A stretch of DNA of 63,896 nucleotides, filler included, from Dugesia japonica (lineage: Eukaryota), in NCBI GenBank assembly GCA_001938525.1. It is 6 parts of 6 records of this genome, joined end to end, with 100 filler letters (N's around TTAATTAATTAA, not from the genome) between each part and the next. Parts side by side here need not be neighbours in the genome. Positions count along the whole stretch, not along the records: positions 33,835 to 42,371 come from MQRL01578304.1; positions 42,472 to 55,412 come from MQRL01648466.1; 4 more parts are not named here. The stretch is one strand, 5' to 3'. Below, in pieces: positions 36,956 through 51,500 of the stretch. The notes below the pieces were generated by a model that ran no database searches, was not told the origin of the DNA, and was given only the letters and a program-made list of their open reading frames with translations. Every line of letters begins with the position of its first letter. The first letter of the stretch is position 1. Made by a program: the position numbers and the translations under genes.

Positions 36956-37370
36956 TTAATTTTGATAATATAAACTCTTGACATCAAGTATTACAAATTT
37001 TCCACTAGCAAATACATTAACACATGTAGGATTGTACTTAGTAAGTCTCAATGCTGGAAAAAATCGGGTTCATACATACACTTGGTTATTCTTGCTAATA
37101 TATACAAATTAACTGATAGTTTCAAAGTGACTACAACAGTTAACGATTGTAACTGAATGTTTTTAATGTCATTCTGTAAATGCTTCATTTCTATTGGTTT
37201 CTTGCATTCCATGATTCTACAATTTCCTTACTTAAAGAAAATAATCGTATACTTTCCACTTTATCAACAATTTGTGATGGTTTACCTATAGGAAAATTCA
37301 TTTTACAGGTTATTTCTCAAGTGATTTGTCCTTTATAATTAATATTAGCAATCACTAGTATTATTGATAT
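36956..37370 (-). pseudogene. Compact TATA-binding-protein-like gene in a Polinton relic
   Basis: VIANINYKG...YTIIFFK*GNCRIMECK...IQLQSLTVVVTLKLSVNLYILA...MYEPDF/FPALRLTKYNPTCVNVFASGKFVILDVK, matching both TBP repeats; 2 frameshifts and 2 stops. Confidence 0.75.
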
Positions 37371-37433
37371 CTTTCAAATATGTGGTTTGATAAAAATAAT
37401 TCGTTTAAACAATATAAATAATAAATTTTAAAA

Positions 37434-37700
37434 ATGAATAAATTAAGAAATGATGCTGCATATCAAATTGTTGGTCCCAGTGGTAGTGGAAAAACACTAT
37501 TTGTGTGCAAATTATTGATATCCAATTGATTTTAATCAAGGTTCATTAAGATTAACTGGTATAGAGGTGCAGATGAAGAGCATGGATTGACTCCATCTGA
37601 GTTTTCTATTATAAAAATGACAATTATAAATTGATTTGATGATAATTGTAGCAAGAGATGGAAACTAGGTGAGCGCAATTGTTGTTGATGACCTATATTA
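37434..37700 (+). pseudogene. Polinton/adintovirus-type packaging ATPase, N-terminal part
   Basis: YQIVGPSGSGKTLFVCKLL (Walker A), I.W.R, then IVVDDLY (Walker B) after a frameshift; truncated by a hAT element. Confidence 0.8.
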
Positions 37701-39560
37701 GGGCGGCTAACTTTGGTTTACATAAAATCTACTTATTCGTTCAAATGCGTCACGATTGATTTAGGACCTTTTGTTTAGTTCATCGAACACTGCAGTTCAG
37801 AAAATAGACAATAAACATACTGTCAAATCCAAGGGTTTTTGAACAACATGCGTAATTATTAACCATATTTATTAATATAAGTCCGCAGACTACAGAAGAT
37901 AAAACAGATAACATAAATGAGAAGCCTGTGTTTGCATCTTTCTGACCAAGGAATCATAATTAAGGGTATAATTGGGAAAAGATAATAACAAAGAATCATC
38001 AATATGAGTATCGGTGAGAAAAGAACGTTGTTTGATCTTTGTTAACTTTAAATACAAAAATGCTGATTCATAAAGGTATGTTGATCCAAAACAAAAATAA
38101 ATATATTCGCTACATTTGGTGATATTAGGATATTTCTCGCGGTTAACGTATTTCCAAAAATCCTCTTCAAATTTTCTGGCTTGTTAGATTAAACCAGTTT
38201 GTTAAATTATAATTCCACTTTTAAATGCCTTTTGCTCCATATGAAATATGTTTGAAAGTTTTTGTCTAATGCGTTTCACACTTAAATCTGTTGTAAAAAG
38301 AAAATATATATATTTCACAATTTCTTTAATTTCTTCAAAATCTTGAAATCGTTTCTCAAAATCTTCATTTACTTTTTGGATTTCTGCGAGGTATTTGTGA
38401 ATATTATAATTAATATTTTTATGTTTTTGTAAATGGTCTGACATATTTGGAAAATGATTCAGATTATTTTATTGCAGATGTTCTATTAGTAAAATAAATT
38501 TTATTTTATATGCATCTGTGCAAGTGATTATTTTAATTGCTGTTTAATTTTTACCTTGTAATTCTAACTTTAAATAACTTAACATTGAAGTCAAATCGCT
38601 AATAAAAGCTAAGTCACTAAGTCAAGTTTCATCATATAAATTTTCATATTTTCTATCTTGCTCGTGGACATAATCTATTATTTCAGGCAATAAATCACGA
38701 AAACGTTACAGAAATTTACCTCTACTTAGCCATCTTACATCACTATGTAGTAATAATTTAGGTTGGCACACATCGAACTGCATTTGGAAGAGACACCGTT
38801 TAAGTGAACTTCCTCTAATTGAATAAACAATTTTAAATGCTATGTCCATAACTTATTTTGTGTTAAAACTCTTGCTGGTGAATTATGCAATGGTAACTCT
38901 AAGAAACTGGGAAGTCGTCTTCATTTTGACATAGGGCTATATATTCATTTATGCGACCTATCATTGCAGCGGCGCCAACCGTTGTTATTGAAATTAATTT
39001 AAAAAGTGGTACTTTTAAATCATTGAGTAAGTTTTTAAAAGCTTTGAATATATTTACGCTAACTTTGAATGATGCAGTAGTTACTGCTAGTGACTTCAAC
39101 ATTGACTTTTGAAAACATTTCTTTGATTTGTTAATTGCGTTTTAAGATCATTAACTATATGTTTTTTTAATTCGGTATTTTGTGAATAATCTGTTTGATA
39201 CTTGTTATATAAAGTTAAAAATGTAGCTTCATATTACCCTTTTTAGCAATGGCTATCAAGCTAAGACATTAACAACAACATTTATTATTTACCACTGTAA
39301 AAAAAGTAATAAAATGCCGATTCTTTATTGAAATGATAATTTTTCGATTTTTTTGGTTTACTACTCATGTTCATGGGTATACTAAAATGCAAAATAAATA
39401 CTTTTGACAATTTTTTTTCCTTACTTATCTGAAATGAATTAAATATTGAAAATAAATAATGAATATTGAATTAAATACTTTCCAAGAAAATTAAAAACTA
39501 ATAAACTGCTGTCATTAACTTCGTTAACGGCTTCAGCTTAGACGCCTGTGCCACAATTTA
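37700..39560 (-). mobile_element. Degenerate hAT transposon (GTF2IRD2/SPIN-like transposase)
   Basis: LISITTVGAAAMIG, HSDVRWLSRGKFL, FEKRFQDF, FGSTYLYESAF. Confidence 0.85.
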
Positions 39561-39887
39561 ATTTAAAGCATAAAAAAAGGTACTTACAATTTAACCAGAA
39601 AAAGAATTGAAATTTAACGTAGTCACCGTTGATAGATAATATTGATTAATAATAACAATATTGTTAATACTCCAGAAAAAAGGCTACACTATGACACTAC
39701 CAGATATTGACGTATTCATATTTATCTCAACACACCACTGGCTGTCTTTCTATGAGTCATAACTACATGCATACTGTTGACGGATTGCGAGTTACTAGCG
39801 AATAATATTGTGCAATATTATTTTTAATAAATATAAGACTTAGGGATTTTACCTATTTCACTCGTAACTTGGAAATCTCTCTATTAT

Positions 39888-40306
39888 TTATTTATTTTTA
39901 TTTGTAAATAATCTTTTTACTAAATCTTTTACATTTTTAAAATATTCTTGAATCTCTTTATTTCCACGCCTGTAGTTAATCAAATTTTGAAAGTCTTTGA
40001 TAACATCTTTCTCTTTCTCAAATGCCATGCGTAAATGAGCCTGAAAACGTTCAACTTTTTCCAACGTGTTTGTATATTCTTTCAACAAGTCTTCATCTAA
40101 CAAACAAGAGACTAATCTCTACTGTTTTTGGCTTCAAAATAAAATTTAAAACGCTTGATGATTTTCTCAAAATCATCATTTCTGCAGACCACATTAGGCA
40201 ATAGCCTCTCTGTAATAGAATTGGTTTTTACCGCTACCACCATGTTAGGTATATATTCAATTGGTAATTCATTTTGCAAATCACTACTAATATTTTGAGA
40301 CATCAT
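39888..40306 (-). mobile_element. Retrotransposon gag-like fragment
   Basis: LPNVVCRNDDFEKIIKRFKFYF...LINYRRGNKEIQEYF. Confidence 0.45.
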
Positions 40307-41289
40307 TTATTTTACTTCTACAAACCATGTTTCATTATATAAATAATATCGAAATACAAGCATTTCAATATTAATTATTTATATAACTCAATTTCTATTG
40401 GGTGAAATTATTAATTAATAATTATTTCCTCATAGGGTAATTTTCTATCTTTTGAACAAAGCATATTTTTACAAAAACCCGTATACAAAGTATGTTCAGA
40501 ATTTTATTTTTAATCGAATGCTATCATTATCACTATTATTTGTCCAACAAACAAAGTGAAATATGTTCAGTTTTTAATTCTAAGACGAATGGTATCGAAA
40601 CCATACAATCAATATTGATTGAGAAATCCTTGAAATAAAGTTCAAGTGTTCCGATGCACTACTACTCTTGTAGCGAGGAACCAAACCGGTTTTTAGAAAA
40701 GTAAATTTATATTCTTATACAGAATTTAGTTCCGAGTTAAGCCTTATGAAATGTGAAATTATACCATAAGAATTCGTCGAAAAATTAAATTCCGAAAATT
40801 TAAATTTTCATACTTTCCGACCAAAAATTCGACAAACCAAAATAGAAAACGAAAAAATTAATTTTTATAGACCAATAAAAACGCTCAAATTTTCAGAACA
40901 CTTGAAATTTTTCATGTATTGTTATTAGCCAATCCAAATGCTCAACTTTTGAGAACACTTTTTTCAGAACACTTGATGGATGGGGGTGTTCTTATGCCCT
41001 ACTATCTATCTACTGGAAATAAAACTCACTTAAAATCGAAATAAATAATAAATAATAATTGATTGTAAAATAATGCATTATTACTTATTAAATATTTGAA
41101 TTTTAAAATTCAAATTAAATAATAATAACAATAAATTGAAACTTTTAAATTTCTCAAGTATTATTAATTTGAATATATTTATTTAATTGAATCTTGTTGA
41201 AGATGTTTGTATTATTAACATGGTGTTGCACAAATTACACGTATACCCTCTCTTATAATACAACAGAATAAATACTTTAATATGTTTAT

Positions 41290-42071
41290 TGTAGAATTGC
41301 AATCTCGGGATCCCTTATAATTTTCCCCCGTTCTAAAATCCCAGGGATATGTAAAAATTAACCATGAAATGAAAAGAAAGTAATAAAAAAAAGTCATAAA
41401 GAGTTTATATGCTTTAAAGTACCCCAACTAAAAACGACAATTATTTGCAAAAATATGTAAAAATTTATTTTGGAAGATCATTCATTTGAAAGAAAGATTG
41501 CAAAACACGATGTAGTAGCTTGCTGTGTATGCTGGAAAGATTTCATTTGTTAAAGATTTGTATAAAATGTCACTGGTTTATTTCAATATTGAAGATTCGT
41601 TAAAAATGGATGAATATAAGGATAAAATTGTTTCAGATTTAATTTGTGTGTTAAGTCCAATTAAATCAACGGTTTGTGCAATTTATAGACTTGATGCTTA
41701 TTTAATAACTGCAGATATTGCATTAGAATTTATAATGAAAAATATGGAACAACAGAATTTGAACATCAGTCGCAAAACTATTGCAGCTTTAATTCTTCAA
41801 ATTATGTGAATGTTTTTGTTCACATGTTTTGTATTATGTATTTGTTTATGTTTTATAGCCCAATTATTGCACTTCAATATATATATAAATAATATATATA
41901 ATTTATTTTTAAATAACCTACACCAAGATATATTAATTTTGTTGATTAAAAACCAATAACCCACAATTTATGTCACGATTTTGCATTGATAAAAAAACAC
42001 TTAAAAAATCGCGGGAATTCCCCGAGATGAAAATTTAAATCCTGAATTTTTCGGGATTTTTGCATATCCTA
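41290..42071 (+). mobile_element. Deleted hAT-like transposon
   Basis: TGCAATCTCGGGATCCC left and CGGGATTTTTGCATATCCTA right ends; LSPIKSTVCAIYRLDAYLITADIALEF transposase remnant. Confidence 0.55.
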
Positions 42072-42310
42072 GTTTACTGTTAAATGTGTAAATTTACTGC
42101 TAAGTATCAAAATAATGTTATGGTAATCCTTTGCTAAAAATATTTTAAGAATGTTAGAAAATTGAATCTTGATAATTTGATTCTTATTTTTCTTTAAAAA
42201 ATTTTAATAATTAATAAAATTTTTGTTTCTGGAAAAAACCATACTACAATATGCGTTGCTTATACAACTGTTGATGCTGCTGATAATCATGACTATGATT
42301 ATTATTGTTA

Positions 42311-42371
<61 letters not shown>

Positions 42372-43915
42372 NNNNNNNNNNNNNNNNNNNNNNNNNNNNN
42401 NNNNNNNNNNNNNNNTTAATTAATTAANNNNNNNNNNNNNNNNNNNNNNNNNNNNNNNNNNNNNNNNNNNNTAATAATAATATTATCATTATTATTTAAT
42501 TTTTAAATAATTACTAAATTTTTAAAATATTTTTAAGAAATAAAATTAATTACCAAAATTAGAATCTAAAGGAATACATATTTTGTGTTACTATGATGAA
42601 TTTCTTCTGTACTGTCAAACAAGTATTTGACGAAACAGGTGAAATTGATCTAAGATCTCAATTCTGTTCTTATTTATCAGGACTAGGGCATCGCGGTGTA
42701 GAATCCTTTCCATTGTTATTTTGTGGTACTCTTTCATCCTTTTCATGTTTCTACTCACTGTTATTTCTAATACTTCTAGAAATCTCTCAGTTGGGTCAGA
42801 TGTGGTGTCATAAATCAGTATTTTATCATTTTGATTTATTGAAGGAGATTTTGATAATTTTATTTCTATCTGCTTTGAAATATTTTTTTTGCACAGTCAA
42901 ATTTTTTTAAAATATCATAATCAGACTAAATGGTGTTTCAGACAAAGTATGAATTTCTGTACGTTGAGGAGATTGTTTAATATTATCACGTGGCGAGTAT
43001 TTATTTAAAGTGAATGTTTCACTCAGTATTTCAAACAAATCGAGTTTGTTTAATGCTTCATCATTATTCTGAGTCAAATAAACGGTTTTATATCTGCCAT
43101 GCCTATCTTTAGATATTTGGAATCTAACTTAAAGTGCATAAATTAGATATATTATATTATTAATATATTATATTATATTTATTATTATTATATTATTATT
43201 AGTTATATTTGCGTCGGATGATATCATAAAGATGACACAAGATCTGTTGATTAGTATTGTTAATATGAATCTATGCATGATTCCTTACTTAGGAAGATTT
43301 AAATTCTTTTCCAGATTGAAAGTCATTTGTTGATACAAATTTTTTCAAAAATATTTTTTTCTGATCTTATTTTTTTTTTCAAATATTTTTGTTTTTATTT
43401 CAAGTCTTTTAATACGTATTCTCTCTTTATCTATGACGGGTATGGAATTATCATGAGTTTAAATAAGTGACTCAAGTTTTTGAAAGTATTTCGGTATCCC
43501 ACATTTTGATAGTTTTTTTTAAAATTCTTTTTAACAATTAACTGAAATTTGTAAAATTATTAATACACTCTGTGGAAACCCCTGCTAAAGGGATAAAAAA
43601 TTTCACGTATTTCGAGAAATGTTTATCACATTCTGTGATATTCCCTTCAAATGGCAGTTTAGAGTTCGAACTATGATCAAGCTCTGTGGTTTTCGACTAA
43701 TTTGAAAATTTTCTTTTTCCGCGCTTCGTGGTATTTGTATCAATCGAAGAGTTCAAAATTACAATTTTGACTACTAAAATTGGTATCTCCTGTCAAAGAC
43801 AAGCCGAAAATGTTTTTTTTGGTATCCTAATTAATTAAAAATCTTAAATGTTATAAAATCTTTGATTAAAACTCCTATTATTTTAATTATTATATTATTT
43901 TTTTTATATTTTTAG

Positions 43916-46900
43916 TTTTCGTACTTCGTATTTCTCATGTTTTTTATGTATTGTAATTTGGTGGAATTGAAACCAATACAAGAAATCAAAACAGCTAAGG
44001 AAATGTTTGCAGAGATCTATGTGTACATATATGTTCTCACATTTACTATTGAAGAAATTCGACAAGTTAGATGTTTTCATTTTTCTAAATTATTATGGAT
44101 ATTGTTTAATATAAATAACATTACTTTAAATATTTTTTAATTTTCATAAGTAGACTTTTTGAAATTTCTAACACAAATAAGATAGGAACGTTGAAAATTA
44201 TTTTCTTTCGTCTTTATTAAATAGTATATATTGTATAGTGTATCAGAAATTACAAATTCTACACTGGATTTTCGTTTCTAAGTTAAATGACAATGTTTTA
44301 AATGATTTCTAAAATATCTTTTGGAAATATAATTCATTTAATTATTCTTTCTAATATTATCAAATGTTATAATTATAAATATACTAATGGCTAGGTTGAT
44401 TTTGTTGTTTATGAAGGAATATGTGATTATTAAAATAAATATAACTCTAAATATGTGTAACTGTAAAAGGAAATATTTTTTTTGATATTTTGTAATTAAT
44501 TCTAACTAGAAAGGTGAAATAATTTTGGTAGAATAATTTTCTCCCAATATCTAATGAAAATTCATTTCTTCCAATTTCTGTATATCACATTATATAAATT
44601 AATTTATTGTGATATATCCTTTTATAATTGCAATCATTGAGAGAATAATTGTTGGACATAACCATTGATCGTTTTTCAGATTTCATTAAAATAAAATCTT
44701 CAATTAAAATTTGTTTTTTTGGTTTTTGATAACATTTCTATATGAAGACATATATCCTATTAAAGCATGTTTTACATGACTTTTAAATATTTTTAATTTT
44801 ATTTTTATACGCTTATTGGTTTACCATATAAATTTTTCAATTTTACAAAAATTTTTGGATTGTCCGACTTGGTCAAATTAGTATTTTTTTAATATAATTT
44901 TCTATTTTTTATATATTATTGATATAGTTGATGTGAATTTTCTCTTCATGTTTTTATTTTTACTGCTTTTCTTCTACTTTCTGATTTTTAAATTTCTTAT
45001 TAATTTATATATTCGATGTGTTTTGCTTTAATTTTTGTATCGGCATATTTATATATTTGTTCCGATTTTATTTGTACATCTGTTATTTGTGCAATAATAA
45101 TTTTTTTATTTAATAATATTTACTGTTAAATAATCTTATTTGTACATATCTTTATGTATATTTTCATGTGATTACAAAATTTCGATGTCGATTTTATTTT
45201 TTCATTTAAATTTTCTCAATCGAGGTAAATAAATATATGTATATATAAAGTTGCTTTTTTCTTATAAAAATGAAACTGAACCACGTTATACACAAGCAGC
45301 AAATGCTAAGTTTATTTTTAGCTTATTTTATCTTATTTTAATTAAATTCAAATTTTTTCATATTTTTTGTTTTGTTATTAGATACTTGATCAAGAGCTAA
45401 CTAGTATAAAATATAAATTCCAAGAATACTTTTCTCGAATCTGGAACAAATTGGACATAGTTATTATCGCTTTTTTTATTTCAAGTACCGTTACGAGATT
45501 TACAATTCCTAGTGAAAATTTCATGTTATGTCGCTGTTTATTTGCAATGACATTGAGCATGTTCTTTCTCAGATCAATGCAGTTTTATTTTGTAAACAAA
45601 TCTATTGGACCTAAAGTTATCATGATTCGAGATATGGTTGAGTTATAATTTTTCTCAAAAATTTATTTAGATTATTCTTTTTTATAGCTTCGAGATATTT
45701 TGTTTTTTTTAAGCATATTTGTGATTTTTATTTTGGCATATGGAACTTTATCTCATTCTTTGAGATTTCCCAATAGCAAATTGGACTTAGCACTTTTTAA
45801 GGATATTGCCTACATTCCGTATTTTCAGACATATGGAGAATTAATGCTGGACCAATTTGAAAGTATTTATCTTAAATAAATTTTTTATATTTAAATAATT
45901 TCTGATATTGAATTTGTTATTGAATTTGTTATTGAATTTGTTATTGAATTTGTTATTGAATTTTTTATTGAATTGAATTTGTAAAGGACCGTTTTGAGTT
46001 TGTAAATTTTATCTCAAATTCTGTTGTAAGTAATAATGACGACTTTATGGTGTCCTTTGATATTTCTAGCTTATTCACTATTGTTCCTTTGCTGGAAACA
46101 ATAGATCTTTGTTGTGATATATAGGAAGTAATGTGAGTGATCAATCTAAAATGAATATATCTGCTTTCGTTAATTTTTCACTTTTCCAACGACTAATGTT
46201 TCGTTTCTTTTAACAATGAATTATATTAACAGATTGATGGAGTAGCTATGGGTTCTCTTTTAGCTCCGAAATTAGCGTGGATTTTCTTGAATAAGCATGA
46301 AGAACGAATGAACTTACTTACCAAAAATTTGTTGACGATGTTTTTCTTATTTTTGTTAATCCTGAACATGTTCTGCTTTCCCAGAGTTTTATGAATTCGT
46401 TATATCCTAATATTCGGTTTACTGTAGAGGAAGAAAGAAATGGTATTTTGCCTTTTTTGGATCAACGCATTATGAGACTGAAATCTACAGAAAGAAAAGT
46501 GATACTGGCTTGTATGTTACCCCAAATAATTTTTGTAATCCTGCTTATAAAAAGAACATGATAAAGTATTTAATGCTTTGTTCATGGTCATTGTTCTCAA
46601 TTTATTCCAAATCCATTAAAAGTATTGAACATTTATTTAAGTTACTGCAAGCAAATGGATATAGTAAACAATTTTTAAGTTCATTGACTTCGTTGACAAT
46701 TGACAAAATATTGGTTGGTAATAATATTGGTTTTGATAAAAAGATTGAAACTGTGTTGAATAATCCTAAACCCTATAGCACTTTATCTAATTGGATTGGG
46801 CCATTTGTTTTATCGATCGCTGAAGGTTTTAAAAAGTTAAAGAATTCGATTTTGAAAGCTGCTAAGGATTTTCTTTTATTGAAAATTGTTTCTAATATTG

Positions 46901-48456
46901 TTAAACGCTTTGTTAATAAATCCCATACACCAATTGGTTTGTGTTCTAACCTTGTTCATCAAATTATATGTAATGTATGTGAGGCCACATACATCAAAGA
47001 GACTGCCCGTCATCTCTGTACAAGGGTTCAAGAGCATAATAGTTTTGGTGGTGGTAGTAATATTGCTGAGCATAAAAATAAAAATATAAGTAATTGTAAT
47101 GCGAATGCCGAAATTTTAAAAGTTTGTCTAAGTAATTTTAAAATGATTGGGAGAGAGTTTTGTGGGAGGGGTTAATGATTAATTTAGGATTAATTAAGCA
47201 TTAATTAATTACGCATTAATTTATAGACAGCTCTTTCGACTAAATTGATTAAATTTTTTTAGATACAAAAATATTTTTTAATTTTTAAAATTTTAATATA
47301 TTTTCATGTTTTTATAAGTTCTGTATTTTATTTTTCAAAATAATTTTCAATTTTATTATTTCATAGGCTTTGAAAATTTTTTAATACACTTTAAAATTAA
47401 AAAATTTTAAATATTTTCGAAAAACGTTCTTTTTTTAGTCTCCTTGATTTTTATAGGTTTAAAATAGGAATTTTAATAAAATATTATTATAGAAGATATT
47501 TTTTTAGAAAATAAATAAATTTTTTAATTGAAAAATTGTTTAAATTTATAAAATTAGGAATTATAGCAAATCTTATATTCAGTATAATTGCTTGAATCTT
47601 TGTTTAAATAATACAGACTGAGTAAACTCATCTCTTCTATTTTTCTGATGAAAAATTCGTCAAAATAGATAATAATAAAATTTTATTTTAAATGGCGTTA
47701 CTTATTTTATGTTAAACATTTNNNNNNNNNNNNNNNNNNNNNNNNNNNNNNNNNNNNNNNNNNNNNNNNNNNNNNNNNNNNNNNNNNNNNNNNNNNNNNN
47801 NNNNNNNNNNNNNNNNNNNNNNNNNNNNNNNNNNNNNNNNNNNNNNNNNNNNNNNNNNNNNNNNNNNNNNATTATTATTAATATTATTATTANNNNNNNN
47901 NNNNNNNNNNNNNNNNNNNNNNNNNNNNNNNNNNNNNNNNNNNNNNNNNNNNNNNNNNNNNNNNNNNNNNNNNNNNNNNNNNNNNNNNNNNNNNNNNNNN
48001 NNNNNNNNNNNNNNNNNNNNNNNNNNNNNNNNNNNNNNNNNNNNNNNNNNNNNNNNNNNNNNNNGCAGTATTTCTGTTATTGACAAATGTGTTGTTGATT
48101 AATTTGTTAATTGCAATGTTTGGGTGAGTGAAAAGTTTTCAGTGTTTATGTACTATGATGAATTTTACTAAAATAATATTACCTTATTANNNNNNNNNNN
48201 NNNNNNNNNNNNNNNNNNNNNNNNNNNNNNNNNNNNNNNNNNNNNNNNNNNNNNNNNNNNNNNNNNNNNNNNNNNNNNNNNNNNNNNNNNNNNNNNNNNN
48301 NNNNNNNNNNNNNNNNNNNNNNNNNNNNNNNNNNNNNNNNNNNNNNNNNNNNNNNNNNNNNNNNNNNNNNNNNNNNNNNNNNNNNNNNNNNNNNNNNNNN
48401 NNNNNNNNNNNNNNNNNNNNNNNNNNNNNNNNNNNNNNNNNNNNNNNNNNNNNNNN

Positions 48457-48500
<44 letters not shown>

Positions 48501-51500
48501 ATAATAATAATAAAATTTTCATTATNNNNNNNNNNNNNNNNNNNNNNNNNNNNNNNNNNNNNNNNNNNNNNNNNNNNNNNNNNNNNNNNNNNNNNNNNNN
48601 NNNNNNNNNNNNNNNNNNNNNNNNNNNNNNNNNNNNNNNNNNNNNNNNNNNNNNNNNNNNNNNNNNNNNNNNNNNNNNNNNNNNNNNNNNNNNNNNNNNN
48701 NNNNNNNGCAAAATTGATTTTATTTTCAAAAATATATATTACCGGCTCATAAATTGATTGGAATTGTTATTATTACAACGTGTAATATTAATCAATAAAT
48801 AATTACCAGAAAATAATTGTAGTTATTAATAGAATTCCTTTAGACTGGTATTATTTTGTGAGTGTTTCGAGTTCCTTTTTATTTAATTAATTATTAAGTA
48901 ACCTATAAGCTCATATATTTGGAAAATTTATCGATTTATTGTTTAAAAAATTTTTAAAAAAATTTAAAAAATGAAAATAATTAAAGTTGAAAAGCTTCTG
49001 TAATACAAATACAATTAATTTTGATATATTGTTGTGGAATTAAACAATATAAATATCAATGTTTTATTGATTATATTTTTTATAGTAAGTTGCGGTATAG
49101 GATTTTCATTATATTTAATTTGTATTTAGTGATTTAATATTAGAAATATCGCAATAATTATTTACTCCTTCTTCGCACTACTCTGTAAACATTTTGTTTA
49201 GAAAAATTTTATATATTTTAAAGTACCTACATATTTTTCATTAATTGAAGAAATGGTTCTAATTAATCAATTAATTATTTTTTAAAATTACATTAAATTG
49301 AAATATCTGTATCAGAAAGAATTTTTTTTTAATTTTTGGTTAGAGATTCGAATTTGGGAAAATAGTTTTCATTTAGTCAAACGTAAAGCATTTTCAAGTT
49401 TTATCATAATTTTATTCAAGAAAACTAAAATGTTCTTTTTAATTTGTATTATTTAAGCAAATAATACTTCTTCAAAACTTCTATCTAAAATAGAGTAAAT
49501 TTTAATTTAAAAAAATCTAGCTCTTAATCATATAAATTTATTCAATAATCTTCAATACACTATACTTTACTGTCACTATACTCAACTTTCACTATACTTT
49601 TCTCACGCTAAAGCCTGTTCTCACTGTATTTAACTCTTATTATACTCTGAATATTACACTCATTACACTCTGTATATTACTTAAGTTATACCATTAACCA
49701 TAAGAATTCTAATAATAATATTAATTTTGACCAAGAGCATCTAATTTTAACATTAATATAGTTNNNNNNNNNNNNNNNNNNNNNNNNNNNNNNNNNNNNN
49801 NNNNNNNNNNNNNNNNNNNNNNNNNNNNNNNNNNNNNNNNNNNNNNNNNNNNNNNNNNNNNNNNNNNNNNNNNNNNNNNNNNNNNNNNNNNNNNNNNNNN
49901 NNNNNNNNNNNNNNNNNNNNNNNNNNNNNNNNNNNNNNNNGATTAAAAGTTTTTCGAAAACCCAGTTTTAGGTTCAAATCTATTGATTAATCATTTATTT
50001 TACACTTGTTTTTCAATTTATTACATTGATGATAAAGATTGATGATTTTTATTCATATTTATATTGATCATTGAAAATTTTTTATAGAATAGATTGTTCA
50101 GTGGTTAGAACCTTTCTTTTACAGCTAGAATTTATTTCTAGCTGTAAAAGAAAGGTTCTAACCACTGAACAATCTATTCTATAAAAAATTTTCAATGATC
50201 AATATTGACGATTTTTAACCATGTTTTTCTGTCTCATCGTAGAATTATCTAATAGGTATTTTGATGGTAATAATTGTGTTATAAAAACCTTTTCAATACT
50301 CAGAATGTAACTAATATCATTATTCATCGGTAAAGCAACCGATATTAAGCACATTTTTTATTGATTTAACTTTTTATCTATAAGGTTTAATGAGTTTAGG
50401 TGATATTTCTCTTGAATCGCGTGAAATTGGCTATCGAATAGTTACTTTGTTGCTTCAATTTGAGTTTCTTTGTATTTTTTCGAAAAAGGTTACCCATCCG
50501 GGAAGATGGCTGTATGAAGTATTTTTCGTTATGAAGTATTTTTCCCGAGACGAGATGTTAACTTTGTTTAGTCAATTTTTACTTCTGAGTTAAATGATAC
50601 CAAATTTGAAACCATGTGTTATGTACGCAGAGGAAATAAAGCCCAAAATGCAAAATTTAAGATTTTTCGAGACATAACCTCATTTATTTCATCCCAGATA
50701 AACTTAAGTGTATTTTATCTAATTACCTAATTGTCTGAAAATCCATTAAAAGTTAATTAAATTATTAAATTTCAAATTAATTACATAATAAATATAAGTA
50801 AAGGATTAAATTTCTGATTATGTTATTAAATAATTGATTAAAATGTCAAATTTCAGATAATCTAATTACGCAACATGATTAAGTTATGTCAGCGGGGATA
50901 GTATACACCTTCATGTATCTACCATATTTGATTTTAATATTTGAAAATAAGTTATTCCGGCTTCGATATCAATTTAAATGTTAAACCCAACTGAGCTTTA
51001 ATATTTAAACTATATGAATTTAAGTAGTAATTCTTGCCCTTTAATTATAAATATTTTGAAATGCAATATAAAACTAATTTTGACTTCAATATCCATTTAT
51101 TTATAAGGTGTGTGAATAAGTTTCCGGATTCAAATTAAAGACGCCACAATTGAAATATGCAATTAAAATACATTACTGATATATATGCTATTTGTAACTG
51201 TCAATAAATATCTATTAATTTCATTATGAAAATGTCTTGTATAAATATTCATAATTTTATAATCCAACATGGAAATATTTGAAAATTGGCGGAAAAAACA
51301 GCACTTGCGAGAAGTTTTGTTAGGTTAACAAAACAGCTGATGAAAGTCATAATTTGTTATTACAAACATATGGGAAATATGCTTTGTCAAGAACGCAGTG
51401 TTTTAAGATTATTTTTTAACTGAATCACTCATTTTTAAATTTTTTAAACCACACTAATTTATTTACTTAAATTTTAAGCATAACGTAATAAACATGCAAT

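Noticed and set aside
42593-43100. ORF at 42593-42910 and decayed opposite-strand frame
   Set aside because: No recognisable motif; cannot support a call
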